Of a stretch of 64,000 nucleotides of DNA, positions 39,741 through 49,113 are shown piece after piece. Source of the stretch: Candidatus Nomurabacteria bacterium (GTDB taxonomy: Bacteria > Patescibacteriota > Minisyncoccia > Phycocordibacterales > UBA9973); NCBI GenBank assembly GCA_943356675.1, contig CALRFQ010000002.1, forward strand, positions 1,433 through 65,432, given 5' to 3'. The number at the start of each line of letters is the position of its first letter. The stretch's first letter is position 1. The position numbers and the translations under genes are program-made. The notes beneath the pieces were generated by a model. It was not told the DNA's origin. It saw only the letters and a list, made by a program, of their open reading frames with translations, and did not search any database.

Positions 39741-41330
39741 ATGAAAAAAATCATTAAAAACATATCAGCTGAATCGCATCCTTCTCATTATATGATGCAT
39801 AAATATTGGGGACGAAAGCCACACAATGTTGTGAGTGATTATATTTTAAATTACACAAAACCAGGGGATGTGGTCCTTGACCCATTTATGGGTAGTGGTG
39901 TTGTTGTGATTGAATCCCTAAAGCATAATCGTAAAGCAATCGGGATAGACCTAAACCCGATGGCTTGTTTTATTACGGAAAACACAATCAATAAAGTTGA
40001 TCTTGAAGACTTTGAAAAAACTTTTTTTCAGATCTACGAGCATAATTACAAAAAATTTATCGATTTATATGATACGAAATGTCCAAAGTGTGAACATCAT
40101 GTACCATTTGAAAACTCAATCTGGGACCTCGACGAATTTGTAAAAGTTAGAGCAATTTGTCCTATACACGGTAAATTTATAAAAAAAACAGATTCATACG
40201 ATCAAAAAGTTTTAAAAAAATCCTTAGAAACTTTCCATAAACTCGACAAAGAAAATAAAATATTCTATCCAAAAGATGAGATTCTAAAATTCGTAAAAAG
40301 AAATGGTAAGAGTAGGCTCGATGAGTTTTTTTCAGAGAGAGCGCTTTCTGTGCTTGGCTCAATAATAAAAGATATAGATACTGTTGAAAATCCTGAGACA
40401 AAGAGTCTTCTTCTTTTATGTTTTACTTCTATGTTGCCAAACGTATCAAAAATGATTCCTGGCAATACTGAGTCTGTGAACGGTAAATCAGGATGGGTAA
40501 TAAGCAAACTATGGGCTCCAAAAGTGCACACTGAAAAGAATGTTTTTAATAGTTTCAAACACAGATTTACAAAAGTTAAAAAAGGAAAACAAGAATTAGT
40601 TGGAGTTTTTGAGTCAAAGAACGCTAAAATATTAAATATTGACGCAACAAATCTTAGCGCAGTTAAATCTGAATCAGTAGATTATATTTTTACTGACCCT
40701 CCTTATGGAGACAGTATTGCTTATTTTGGACTCAGTATGTTTTGGAATGGATGGCTTAAAAACAAAGTCAATTATGAAAGCGAGATTATATATGACCCAT
40801 ATCGTAATAAAAAATACGAGGATTATTCTTCACGAATGAAAAAAGTATACTCCGAATTATTCAGGGTTTTGAAGGATGAAAAATATCTTTCTTTCACTTT
40901 CCATAATAGAAACTTAAATATCTGGAAAGCAGTAATGGATGCTGTTACTGGTGGTGGGTTTCATCTTGTGAATTTGGTCTATCAAGAGCAGGCTGTTGCG
41001 TCAGGGACACAAGGCTTAAACCGAAATAACACCCTGCGTGGAGACTTTGTATACAACTTCACTAAGAATACAAAAATAAAAACTATCGATAAGATATATG
41101 ACCATATGGATAGTAAAAAAGAGATCGTAAAAAAAGTTCAGTTGTGGATACAAAAAAATGATGGTTTTATAACCTCGGATTCTTTATACGAGAAACTTAT
41201 TCCATTTATTGTTGAAAAAAATTTGTACAGCGACGAAGATGGACAGGTCATGAACATTGAAGGCTTACTCAAGCAGAGTTTTAATTATAAGCAACTCCAC
41301 ACAGAAGAATATGGCTGGCAAGAAAAATAA
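39741..41330 (+). CDS. amino (N6-A/N4-C) DNA methyltransferase with Zn-ribbon insert
   Basis: HKYWGRKP, LDPFMGSG (motif I), CPKC..CPIH, TDPPY (motif IV). Confidence 0.9.
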   Translation: MKKIIKNISAESHPSHYMMHKYWGRKPHNVVSDYILNYTKPGDVVLDPFMGSGVVVIESLKHNRKAIGIDLNPMACFITENTINKVDLEDFEKTFFQIYEHNYKKFIDLYDTKCPKCEHHVPFENSIWDLDEFVKVRAICPIHGKFIKKTDSYDQKVLKKSLETFHKLDKENKIFYPKDEILKFVKRNGKSRLDEFFSERALSVLGSIIKDIDTVENPETKSLLLLCFTSMLPNVSKMIPGNTESVNGKSGWVISKLWAPKVHTEKNVFNSFKHRFTKVKKGKQELVGVFESKNAKILNIDATNLSAVKSESVDYIFTDPPYGDSIAYFGLSMFWNGWLKNKVNYESEIIYDPYRNKKYEDYSSRMKKVYSELFRVLKDEKYLSFTFHNRNLNIWKAVMDAVTGGGFHLVNLVYQEQAVASGTQGLNRNNTLRGDFVYNFTKNTKIKTIDKIYDHMDSKKEIVKKVQLWIQKNDGFITSDSLYEKLIPFIVEKNLYSDEDGQVMNIEGLLKQSFNYKQLHTEEYGWQEK

Positions 41331-42435
41331 ACTAAAAATTATAGACCTATTCGCGGGGGTGGGAGGCATCTCATCTGGCTTTAAAAAGGCTGGTTTTAAT
41401 GTTGTGTCAGCGAACGAGTATAAATTTGAGATTGCGAACACTTATATTAAAAATCATCCAGGTACAAAGATGATTGTCGAGGATATAACGAAAGTGAAGT
41501 CAAAGGATTTGCTTAACGGAGAGCATAATATTGATGTGATTGTTGGTGGTCCACCATGCCAAGGGTTCAGTATGGCTGGTAGGCGTATACGAGGAGGAGG
41601 GGGTGCATTCCTAAAGGACCCTCGCAATGAACTCTTTAAAGAATTTATACGGATAGTAAAGGAGATTAAGCCAAAGGTATTTGTAATGGAAAATGTAGCA
41701 GCAATGCTTAATATACACGGTGGTGCTGTTCGAAATGAGATAATCAAGAAATTTAAGGAAATAGGATATGAGACAAAAGTTCATGTTCTTCTTGCAGCAG
41801 AATACGGAGTACCTCAGATGAGAAAGCGTGCCGTATTCATTGGAAACAGAATAGGAGTAGACCCTGAAGAATTCTTCCCAGAAAAAACTCACGGTCCCAA
41901 GAATGCAAAACCATATGTAACCGTGGCCGAAACCATTCTTGACTTACCGAAAGTGCTATCAGGAGAAGGAGAGTTTGAATCAGAATACGGTCCGGTTAAA
42001 GCACTTTCTGAGTATCAACAGGAAAGACGTGGAAAGAGCGAAAAATTATACAACCATCAAGCTACTCACCACGATCCACGCATTGTCGAATTACTCAAAA
42101 ATATCAAGGAAGGAGAGGGTAGAACAAGCTTACCGAAGGAGCTACAGACGAAATCGGTGCATAGTGGCGCGTTTGGTAGAATGAATAGAAACAAGCCCGC
42201 ATATACGATCACAACGCGTTTTGACACCCCTTCCGTTGGTCGTGTAACTCATCCATCACAGCACCGGGCTTTAACTCCACGAGAGGCTGCGCGAATCCAG
42301 TCCTTCGATGATGATTTTGTATTTTATGGTAGCAAGAGTTCCGTTGGGATACAGATAGGAAATTCTGTACCTCCATTATTAGCCTATGCGATTGCTCAAA
42401 AAATTTTAAAAGTTTTAAATAAAAATCATGATTAA
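41311..42435 (+). CDS. dcm: DNA cytosine-5 methyltransferase
   Basis: DLFAGVGG, GGPPCQGFS, ENV, PQMRKR, REAARIQSF, QIGNSVPP; start ATG 41311. Confidence 0.95.
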   Translation: MAGKKNKLKIIDLFAGVGGISSGFKKAGFNVVSANEYKFEIANTYIKNHPGTKMIVEDITKVKSKDLLNGEHNIDVIVGGPPCQGFSMAGRRIRGGGGAFLKDPRNELFKEFIRIVKEIKPKVFVMENVAAMLNIHGGAVRNEIIKKFKEIGYETKVHVLLAAEYGVPQMRKRAVFIGNRIGVDPEEFFPEKTHGPKNAKPYVTVAETILDLPKVLSGEGEFESEYGPVKALSEYQQERRGKSEKLYNHQATHHDPRIVELLKNIKEGEGRTSLPKELQTKSVHSGAFGRMNRNKPAYTITTRFDTPSVGRVTHPSQHRALTPREAARIQSFDDDFVFYGSKSSVGIQIGNSVPPLLAYAIAQKILKVLNKNHD

Positions 42436-43780
42436 TGACTATAAAAAATATTTAGAAGGGAAAGGCACTAAAAACTTTTGGAAAAAAGCAAAGCAAAAGG
42501 AATACACTAGAGATGTTGTAAATAAGATTTACAAGGAATTGACGTCTGGTTTTAGTAAATTAACAACTCGTAGCAGCATTACTTTACGATACTTAGGTTT
42601 AATAATTAATCTAGGCGGAGACAAGCTTCAAATCTCAAATGCGGGAGATACTTTTCTAAAATCATTATACAAACAAAAAATTCTTGACGAGCAGGTCATG
42701 AAAGTTTATCTAGATTGCCCTGAATTAAATGAAAATCTTTCAATAAAGATTGCGCCAATGGAGGTTCTTTTGAAGATTCTTTATTCGGTAGACTATGTTT
42801 CATTTGAGGAGTATCAATTATTTGTATGTTGGACGAATGATAAGAGCGAAATATCTCTTGTTATTGATTTAATTGAGGAATATAGAAATAGTGATTCAAA
42901 AGAGTCTTATTTAGAAATTTTAAAAGATAAAAGTCAAGAATTAAGTATCGTAGACTTCGCCGATGCTGTAAAAAGATTTTTTAATACACTGATTATTTCT
43001 TCATATATTCAAAAAGAAAGTGACAAGATCATCCCAAAACTTTCAAAGAAAGATATTGAATTAATATTAGAAAGTTTTTCTTTGAGAGATTTTAGCGAGG
43101 AGGGATACTTTGATTATTTAAATACGAATGATGGATGGCAAATTTACACAAGTAATCCTAATTATTTAAGAGTTATAGAGAGTTTAGAGCAAAAAACAAC
43201 GGAAGAACAAGAAGAAATTGTAAATAAAATAACTGGAGGATTAAGTTTTCCAGATCTTTCTAAAGTTAAACCACAGATATTAGAAATGCAGATTGATGAA
43301 AGCATTGAACCAACAATAAAAACAAAAAGGGTAAAAAGTGGTACAGCAAAAAAAATCGATTTTGAATTAAGAGATAGTAATAATCGGGCAGCAGGTGATT
43401 TTGCAGAGAAGATAGTTATCAAACATGAAATCGAAGAATTAAAAGAAACAAACCCTGAGCTTATTAATCGTATTAAACAAGTGTCCTTAGAAGATGATAC
43501 ATTAGGATACGATATCTTATCTTTAACGTCAGATTCATATGAAAAACACATTGAAGTGAAAGCTGTAAGATATAGACCAGCAATAAAATTTAGATTTTTT
43601 ATTTCCGAAAATGAAGTATCGATTGCAAAAGAAGATCCTAATTATTATCTATATATTGTTTTTGATTATTTGTCGGAATCACCTTTTATTTATATGATGC
43701 CTAATCCTTTCATGAATAAAATTCCTGGAGTACAGATCGACCCAATAAAATATCTTGTGACAGTAAAAATTAAAAAATAA
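42428..43780 (+). CDS. putative restriction endonuclease: AlwI-like N-terminal domain plus DUF3883 (NOV_C) PD-(D/E)XK nuclease
   Basis: G..AE..V...E, DDTLGYDILS, IEVK, FFISENE. Confidence 0.8.
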   Translation: MINDYKKYLEGKGTKNFWKKAKQKEYTRDVVNKIYKELTSGFSKLTTRSSITLRYLGLIINLGGDKLQISNAGDTFLKSLYKQKILDEQVMKVYLDCPELNENLSIKIAPMEVLLKILYSVDYVSFEEYQLFVCWTNDKSEISLVIDLIEEYRNSDSKESYLEILKDKSQELSIVDFADAVKRFFNTLIISSYIQKESDKIIPKLSKKDIELILESFSLRDFSEEGYFDYLNTNDGWQIYTSNPNYLRVIESLEQKTTEEQEEIVNKITGGLSFPDLSKVKPQILEMQIDESIEPTIKTKRVKSGTAKKIDFELRDSNNRAAGDFAEKIVIKHEIEELKETNPELINRIKQVSLEDDTLGYDILSLTSDSYEKHIEVKAVRYRPAIKFRFFISENEVSIAKEDPNYYLYIVFDYLSESPFIYMMPNPFMNKIPGVQIDPIKYLVTVKIKK

Positions 43781-43785
43781 ATTTT

Positions 43786-44640
43786 ATGGAAAATATAAGT
43801 AAAAAAATAACATTATTTTTAAATGATGGATTACCAAAAGGTATTCGTGAAGTATCTATTGATCAATGGAGTGGTGGGGCAATTTGTGGACCAAGAAATA
43901 AAATTGAGGAAATTTTAAAATTTGAACAGTTGAATGGTCCTTGCGTTTATTTTTTAATTGGTGAATCTGATGAAAGTGACTTATTGAATGTATATGTGGG
44001 TGAAGCTGACTCATTTAGTCAAAGAGTTAAAGATCATTTAAGAAAAAAAGATTGGTGGCAGAACGTGGTGGTCTTTTTTGGTTATAATAATAACCCAAGT
44101 AAGACTGGTATTGAATATCTCGAGTCTTTTATCTACTCAGATTTAATAAATGCAGCTAGGTGTATTTTGGAGAATGGAAATAAGCCCGCTCTGCCCAATA
44201 TATCTAAACATGACATACCTGGACTGCATATATTTTATGAAAATATTAAATTAATTATGCCAGTTATGGGTTTTGATATTTTTGCAGTAGATATAAAAGA
44301 AGATAAAATAAATGAAAGCCAACATATTTTTTGTGAAGGTAAAGGTTCAAAATCTGAAGCTATTCTTTTGGATGATGGGAAGGTTCTTGTTTTAAAAGGT
44401 TCAACTGCAATAAAAGAAAATGCTCCAAGTTTTGAAAAACATAATTATAAAAAAATCAAAGATAATTTATTAAAAATTGATAGACTTGTTGAGGTTGGTG
44501 ATTATCTATCTTTTTCAGAAGATTATCTTTTTGATAGTTTAAGCGCCGCCGCTGCGGTAATATTAGCAAGGTCTGCACAAGGGCCAAAAGAGTGGAAATT
44601 TAAGACTGGTAAGTCTGTTAAAGATTTTATCGAGAATTAA
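43786..44640 (+). CDS. GIY-YIG nuclease with C-terminal DUF4357 (RAMA) domain
   Basis: CVYFLIG..VYVGEA..RVKDH..KDWW, YLE; VLKGS, F.SLSAAAAVI.ARS..G..EWK. Confidence 0.85.
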   Translation: MENISKKITLFLNDGLPKGIREVSIDQWSGGAICGPRNKIEEILKFEQLNGPCVYFLIGESDESDLLNVYVGEADSFSQRVKDHLRKKDWWQNVVVFFGYNNNPSKTGIEYLESFIYSDLINAARCILENGNKPALPNISKHDIPGLHIFYENIKLIMPVMGFDIFAVDIKEDKINESQHIFCEGKGSKSEAILLDDGKVLVLKGSTAIKENAPSFEKHNYKKIKDNLLKIDRLVEVGDYLSFSEDYLFDSLSAAAAVILARSAQGPKEWKFKTGKSVKDFIEN

Positions 44641-46221
44641 ATGAAACTTCTAACCAAAACAGATTTTATACTATATCGTGAATGTCCGAATAATGTTTGG
44701 GTTAAAATTCATATGCCCGAGGAGTATTCTAAATTCCCAGTATCAGATTTTGAAAAGTCTTTAGGGGTAATGGGTAACGAGGTTGAAGAGCTTGCTCGGG
44801 GTATGTTCCCAGGTGGAGTCATGGTAGCGGGTCGCGGAGACGAGGCTCGTGAATATACAAAGAAGTTGATTGCCGAGAAAGCTCCTGTGATTTTCCAAGC
44901 TGTGTGTGCTACGGATAAATACTTGGCTGCGGGTGATGTCTTGGTCTGGAATACTGATGCCTGCATGTATGACTTGTATGAAATAAAAATGTCTTCAACT
45001 AAGGAAGAGAATGACGATGAAGAAGAGGAAGGCAAACCAAAAAAGGTAAATAAGAAAAAGGAATTGCAATACGAATACGATATTGCTTTCCAAACCAATG
45101 TATTTTCTATGTGTGGTGTACCATTGAATAATAAATATCTTGTCCGACTAAATAAAGAATATATTAAAATAGGTAATTTGGATTTTTCAGAAAATAAACT
45201 TTTTATCATAGAAGACAAAACTGAGTCAATAAATGAGATGATAGAAAATGTAAAATTTGAAATGGGTCAAGCTTTTGAGTATCTTTCTCACGATGCAATT
45301 CCAAGTGGTCATTGTCCTTGCTATTACAAAGGGCGTAGCTCTCATTGCACAACTTTTACTTTTACGAACCCTGATGTGCCAGCATATAGCGTGCATGATT
45401 TGAATAGAATTGGTAATAGTAAAGCTTATTTGAAAGAACTTCTTGATGCAAATATTTTAACAATAGATAATGTAATTGAGTCTGAAATACCAAAACCTTC
45501 AAAAACAAAAGACGGAAGACCTGGTAAACCAAGAAAGTTGAACCAAGTAGTAATTCACAAGTCTAAAGAGCCCATTATTGATCTTGATGCGATAAAAGCT
45601 GAATTAAATTCTTTAACATTTCCGCTTTATTTCCTGGATTACGAGACGTATCCAACGGCTATACCAGTTTTTGATGGATATCATCCTTATCAGCACATCG
45701 TATTTCAATATTCTATTCATGTACTCAAAGATAAGGATGCCGAATTAGAACATTATGAAATGCTTGTTTTAGAAGGGGATCCAGCGGAGAAAATTGTCGC
45801 CGGTTTGAGGGAAGTCATAGGTGACACAGGTAGTGTAATATCTTGGTACAAAGCATTTGAAAATGCGAGAAATAGAGAACTGTCCCGTTTGGTTCCACTT
45901 CAATTTGAATTCTTGCAAAGTGTGATAAGTAGAACTTATGATCTGATGGATATTGTAGAACAACAGTATTATGTCCATCACGGTTTTAAGGGTAGCTCGT
46001 CGATCAAAAAGGTGCAACCTATTTTAGCCCCAGAATTTTCATACAAGGATTTGGATGTTCAGAGTGGAACTGATGCAATAGAATCGTATCGGCAAATAGC
46101 ACAAGGGGAATTGGATGGTAAAGATTTGGAGGAAAAGAAAAGGCAAATGCTGAAATACTGTGGTTATGATACTGAGATAATGTATATCTTGTGGAAATTT
46201 TTTACAGACTTAGTTAAATAA
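44641..46221 (+). CDS. DUF2779 domain protein (nuclease-like N-terminus plus RNase H-like domain)
   Basis: LTKTDF...ECP, D.YEIK, DIAFQ, YFLDYET, PYQHIVFQYS, SSIKKV, YCGYDT. Confidence 0.85.
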   Translation: MKLLTKTDFILYRECPNNVWVKIHMPEEYSKFPVSDFEKSLGVMGNEVEELARGMFPGGVMVAGRGDEAREYTKKLIAEKAPVIFQAVCATDKYLAAGDVLVWNTDACMYDLYEIKMSSTKEENDDEEEEGKPKKVNKKKELQYEYDIAFQTNVFSMCGVPLNNKYLVRLNKEYIKIGNLDFSENKLFIIEDKTESINEMIENVKFEMGQAFEYLSHDAIPSGHCPCYYKGRSSHCTTFTFTNPDVPAYSVHDLNRIGNSKAYLKELLDANILTIDNVIESEIPKPSKTKDGRPGKPRKLNQVVIHKSKEPIIDLDAIKAELNSLTFPLYFLDYETYPTAIPVFDGYHPYQHIVFQYSIHVLKDKDAELEHYEMLVLEGDPAEKIVAGLREVIGDTGSVISWYKAFENARNRELSRLVPLQFEFLQSVISRTYDLMDIVEQQYYVHHGFKGSSSIKKVQPILAPEFSYKDLDVQSGTDAIESYRQIAQGELDGKDLEEKKRQMLKYCGYDTEIMYILWKFFTDLVK

Positions 46222-46275
46222 CCTATGAATATTCAGTAAAGATGCTATAATAGAAACGTGCGACAATTTAATAGT

Positions 46276-46433
46276 TTATATTAAGAGTGGTGGTAGAGAA
46301 TTGGCTCAATGACCCCACAGCAACCTGCATTTGTAAGGTGCTAAATCCAACCAGACGCGAAAGCGTCAGGAAAGATAAGTCTTGCGTCTAGTCCACGCTT
46401 GAAAATCTTTCCTCATTATTTGAGGAATTTTTT
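46276..46433 (+). promoter_or_regulatory. second SAM-I riboswitch with terminator
   Basis: AAGAGTGGTGGTAGAGAATTGGCTCAATGACCCCACAGCAACC..AAGGTGCTAAATCC..GAAAGATAAG; hairpin TTCCTCA..TGAGGAA plus T-run. Confidence 0.85.
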
Positions 46434-46437
46434 ATTT

Positions 46438-46701
46438 ATGGAAATAATTAAAAAGGAGATAAAGTTGTGCGTAGTTTGTAATAATTTTAGGGGATTGGTT
46501 GAAGAGAGGTATAATGGAGAGGTTCCAGTACATTGTGCTTGTGATCTAGAGAAAGAAAGGATGAATTATGGTAAATGGCGTAGTCCTTGCATGATAAGTC
46601 CTAATGGGGATAAGCTTTGGTGGACGCCTATTTCAGATCATAAAAAGGCCGATGGTAGATGGTATCATGTCGCATACTTCGCCAGACCCGCATTAAATTA
46701 A
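46438..46701 (+). CDS. small Cys/His-rich hypothetical protein downstream of SAM riboswitch
   Basis: CVVC..HCAC..PC; start ATG 46438 just after the terminator. Confidence 0.6.
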   Translation: MEIIKKEIKLCVVCNNFRGLVEERYNGEVPVHCACDLEKERMNYGKWRSPCMISPNGDKLWWTPISDHKKADGRWYHVAYFARPALN

Positions 46702-47156
46702 TATCGAATATAAATATTGATTTAGATAAATTACGTAAAAAAATTGAAGAGGAAGAAAAAAATACTAAAAGTAATATAGAAATTTTTAGGGATAATGTTC
46801 ACAAAAAGGAGATTAAAGAAATTTCAGAGAATAAGGAGGTATTTGAAAATGAATTTATAAAGGAGCTTGAGATTGAAATATATTCAAAAGAGCCAACAAG
46901 AAAAGATAAATTTATTTTAAAATTTGCTGAATTAATTAAAAAACTAGGATTATTTAATTTTCTAATTGAATTTGCGTACCTTCACGAAAAAATTGTAAGC
47001 GAAATTCAACATAAATTAAATTTGTCTAAAACTGATTTAAAGGAAAATTTTAAAATTAGGACTATAATATTGCTATGTTTTCAGTTTGTAGTAGCATTAG
47101 TTCTAGTTTTATTAACTAAAATCATTAAAATTATTTTAATTCATTTATTTAAATAA
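46659..47156 (+). CDS. hypothetical protein with C-terminal hydrophobic segment; start uncertain
   Basis: Very AT-rich ORF overlapping the upstream gene. Confidence 0.4.
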   Translation: MVSCRILRQTRIKLISNINIDLDKLRKKIEEEEKNTKSNIEIFRDNVHKKEIKEISENKEVFENEFIKELEIEIYSKEPTRKDKFILKFAELIKKLGLFNFLIEFAYLHEKIVSEIQHKLNLSKTDLKENFKIRTIILLCFQFVVALVLVLLTKIIKIILIHLFK

Positions 47157-47187
47157 GTTTTTGTGATTATCAAGGACCGTCCTTGCT

Positions 47188-47326
47188 AAAGTTGATGACA
47201 AATCTCATGATAGGGAAGACAGGATAGAACGCGATGGTATAGTAGAAGGGATTTTGAAAGACGCTGGGATGCCACTTTTACGATTTGAAAACCATGGATC
47301 ATTTAGCAAAGATGAAATAGAAAAAA
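47188..47326 (+). pseudogene. DUF2726-like C-terminal gene fragment, copy 1
   Basis: KVDDKSHDREDRIERDGIVEGILKDAGMPLLRF; no start codon in frame. Confidence 0.6.
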
Positions 47327-47510
47327 CATTCTGGTATTCTGCAGAATACCAGAATGTTTTTTATTTATCTATCTATCTATTACTATTCTCTAATTCGCTC
47401 GAATAGGCGAATAGTTCCCGAATATTTTCCAAATAGCCCCACGCCACCAACCCTCACCAAGCACAATACCAAAAATAACATTCTCACATTCTCAAGAATG
47501 TGAGAATGTT
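47325..47510. repeat. cluster of ATTC-N4 palindromes: B 47325-47358, C 47381-47416, A 47477-47510
   Basis: Type B is AACATTCTGGTATTCTGCAGAATACCAGAATGTT, a perfect palindrome. Confidence 0.9.
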
Positions 47511-47563
47511 ATTTTGTTGTAATATTTTCTCAACGTACCCGTCTTTTAATATGTAAGTACTTT

Positions 47564-47896
47564 GTTATTTTTTATAGGAAATGGCAGAAAAATATCCTCG
47601 GACAAGGATGTAATGCATACCCACATAGCGAAAGGGCTGTAAGGGTAGTTAGGAGGCCTTATTACAAAGGTATTGTTCAAAAGCGGGTGTAGATAAACTG
47701 AACCACCCCCTATTTATTAAACATATATAAAATAAACTGCAGTGCGTTTTGTATATGAAATAGGTCAGACAAGTAGCGTATGTTGGTCGCTAGTCTCTCA
47801 AATATCAAGTGGGCTTGATCTTTGTGCAAAAATAAAAGCTGAAGCAACACCTCTTTTGCGAGTAAAACCTATTCTCGTTTTCCTATAAAAGGTAAT
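47564..47896 (+). ncRNA. candidate large multi-branched non-coding RNA (about 333 nt)
   Basis: 18-bp closing stem plus at least six internal hairpins with G-U pairs on the + strand; no ORF. Confidence 0.55.
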
Positions 47897-47915
47897 AAAA
47901 TGTTATAATATTATT

Positions 47916-48914
47916 ATGAAGAAGAAGGTAATTAAAACTAAAGACAAAAATCAAGGCATGGTTATATATCAGGCTAAATCCGGAGCAATCGAACTTCGCG
48001 GGGATTTTAAGCATGAGACAGTATGGGCAACACAGGATCAAATTGCTGAACTTTTCATGACTACAAAGCAAAACATTAGTCAGCACTTGAAAAGTATTTT
48101 TGAAACAAAAGAATTAAATCAGAATTCAGTTGTAAAGGATTTCTTTACAACTGCTAAAGATGGTAAGCAATATAAGGTTAAATTTTATAATTTAGATGTT
48201 CTACTTTCTGTCGGGTATAGAGTTAATTCCAGAAATGCAACCCAGTTTCGTATTTGGGCCACAAAGACACTGAAAGAGCATTTAGTGAAAGGCTACACTA
48301 TAAACAAGAAAGTCATACTTAAAAATTATGATTCTTTTATTGAGACAGTAAATAGCATTCAGGCACTCCTTCCAGAGCACGTAGTCCTTGATCCGAAAGC
48401 AATTCTTGATTTGGTGAAGGAATATTCGGTCACATGGGCTAAGCTTGATGCTTATGATAAAGACCAATTGTTTACCAAAGGCCAAACAAAGAAAAAAGTA
48501 AAACTTGCCGGACAAGAACTATTGGACGCTATTTCAGAATTGAAAAATGAATTAATGAAGAAAGACGAAGCTACAGATATGTTTGCAATGGAGAGGTTTG
48601 CTGGTGGCGTGGAAGGTATAGTGGGTAACGTGATGCAAGCATTTGGCGGGCAAGATGTGTATCTTACTGTCGAAGAAAAGGCAGCTCACTTACTATATTT
48701 TATGGTAAAGAATCATCCGTTCACAGATGGTAATAAACGTTCGGGTGCTTTTGCGTTTATTTGGTTCCTGCGGAAAGTGGGTGTGCTTGGTGCTAAAAAC
48801 ATAAATCCTTCAGGCCTAACAGCTATCACACTCCTTATTGCTGAAAGCGATCCAAAGCATAAAGACAAAATGGTTGCCCTAGTTGTTGAGCTTTTGCAAG
48901 TAAATAAAAAATAA
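47916..48914 (+). CDS. RhuM-like DNA-binding domain plus Fic/DOC protein
   Basis: ETVWATQDQIAELF, YNLD..LSVGYRVNS..ATQFRIWAT; HPFTDGNKRSG. Confidence 0.92.
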   Translation: MKKKVIKTKDKNQGMVIYQAKSGAIELRGDFKHETVWATQDQIAELFMTTKQNISQHLKSIFETKELNQNSVVKDFFTTAKDGKQYKVKFYNLDVLLSVGYRVNSRNATQFRIWATKTLKEHLVKGYTINKKVILKNYDSFIETVNSIQALLPEHVVLDPKAILDLVKEYSVTWAKLDAYDKDQLFTKGQTKKKVKLAGQELLDAISELKNELMKKDEATDMFAMERFAGGVEGIVGNVMQAFGGQDVYLTVEEKAAHLLYFMVKNHPFTDGNKRSGAFAFIWFLRKVGVLGAKNINPSGLTAITLLIAESDPKHKDKMVALVVELLQVNKK

Positions 48915-48957
48915 ACTTAATTAAGATAATGTTTAGTAAGGACCGTAGTTGCTAAAC

Positions 48958-49082
48958 AGAACGCGATGGTATAGTAGAAGGGATTTTTTAAAGACGCTGG
49001 GATGCCACTTTTACGATTTGAAAACCATGGATCATTTAGCAAAGACGAAATCCAAAAAATAATTTTATCAAAATTATCCTAA
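48958..49082 (+). pseudogene. DUF2726-like C-terminal gene fragment, copy 2
   Basis: About 100-bp near-identical duplicate of 47226-47326; ERDGIVEGIFKDAGMPLLRFENHGSFSKDEIQKIILSKLS*. Confidence 0.6.
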
Positions 49083-49113
49083 ACATCTCCCACCACCACC
49101 TCTCCTCAAAATA

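Noticed and set aside
37262-43780. DISARM, BREX or classic Type III RM call
   Set aside because: No DUF1998, PLD, PglZ or BrxC genes; two different MTases and a separate nuclease do not fit Type III
47564-47896. Group I intron (minus-strand GAGAGACTAG resembles the R element)
   Set aside because: No matching S element to form P7, no interrupted host gene, and G-U pairing favours the + strand
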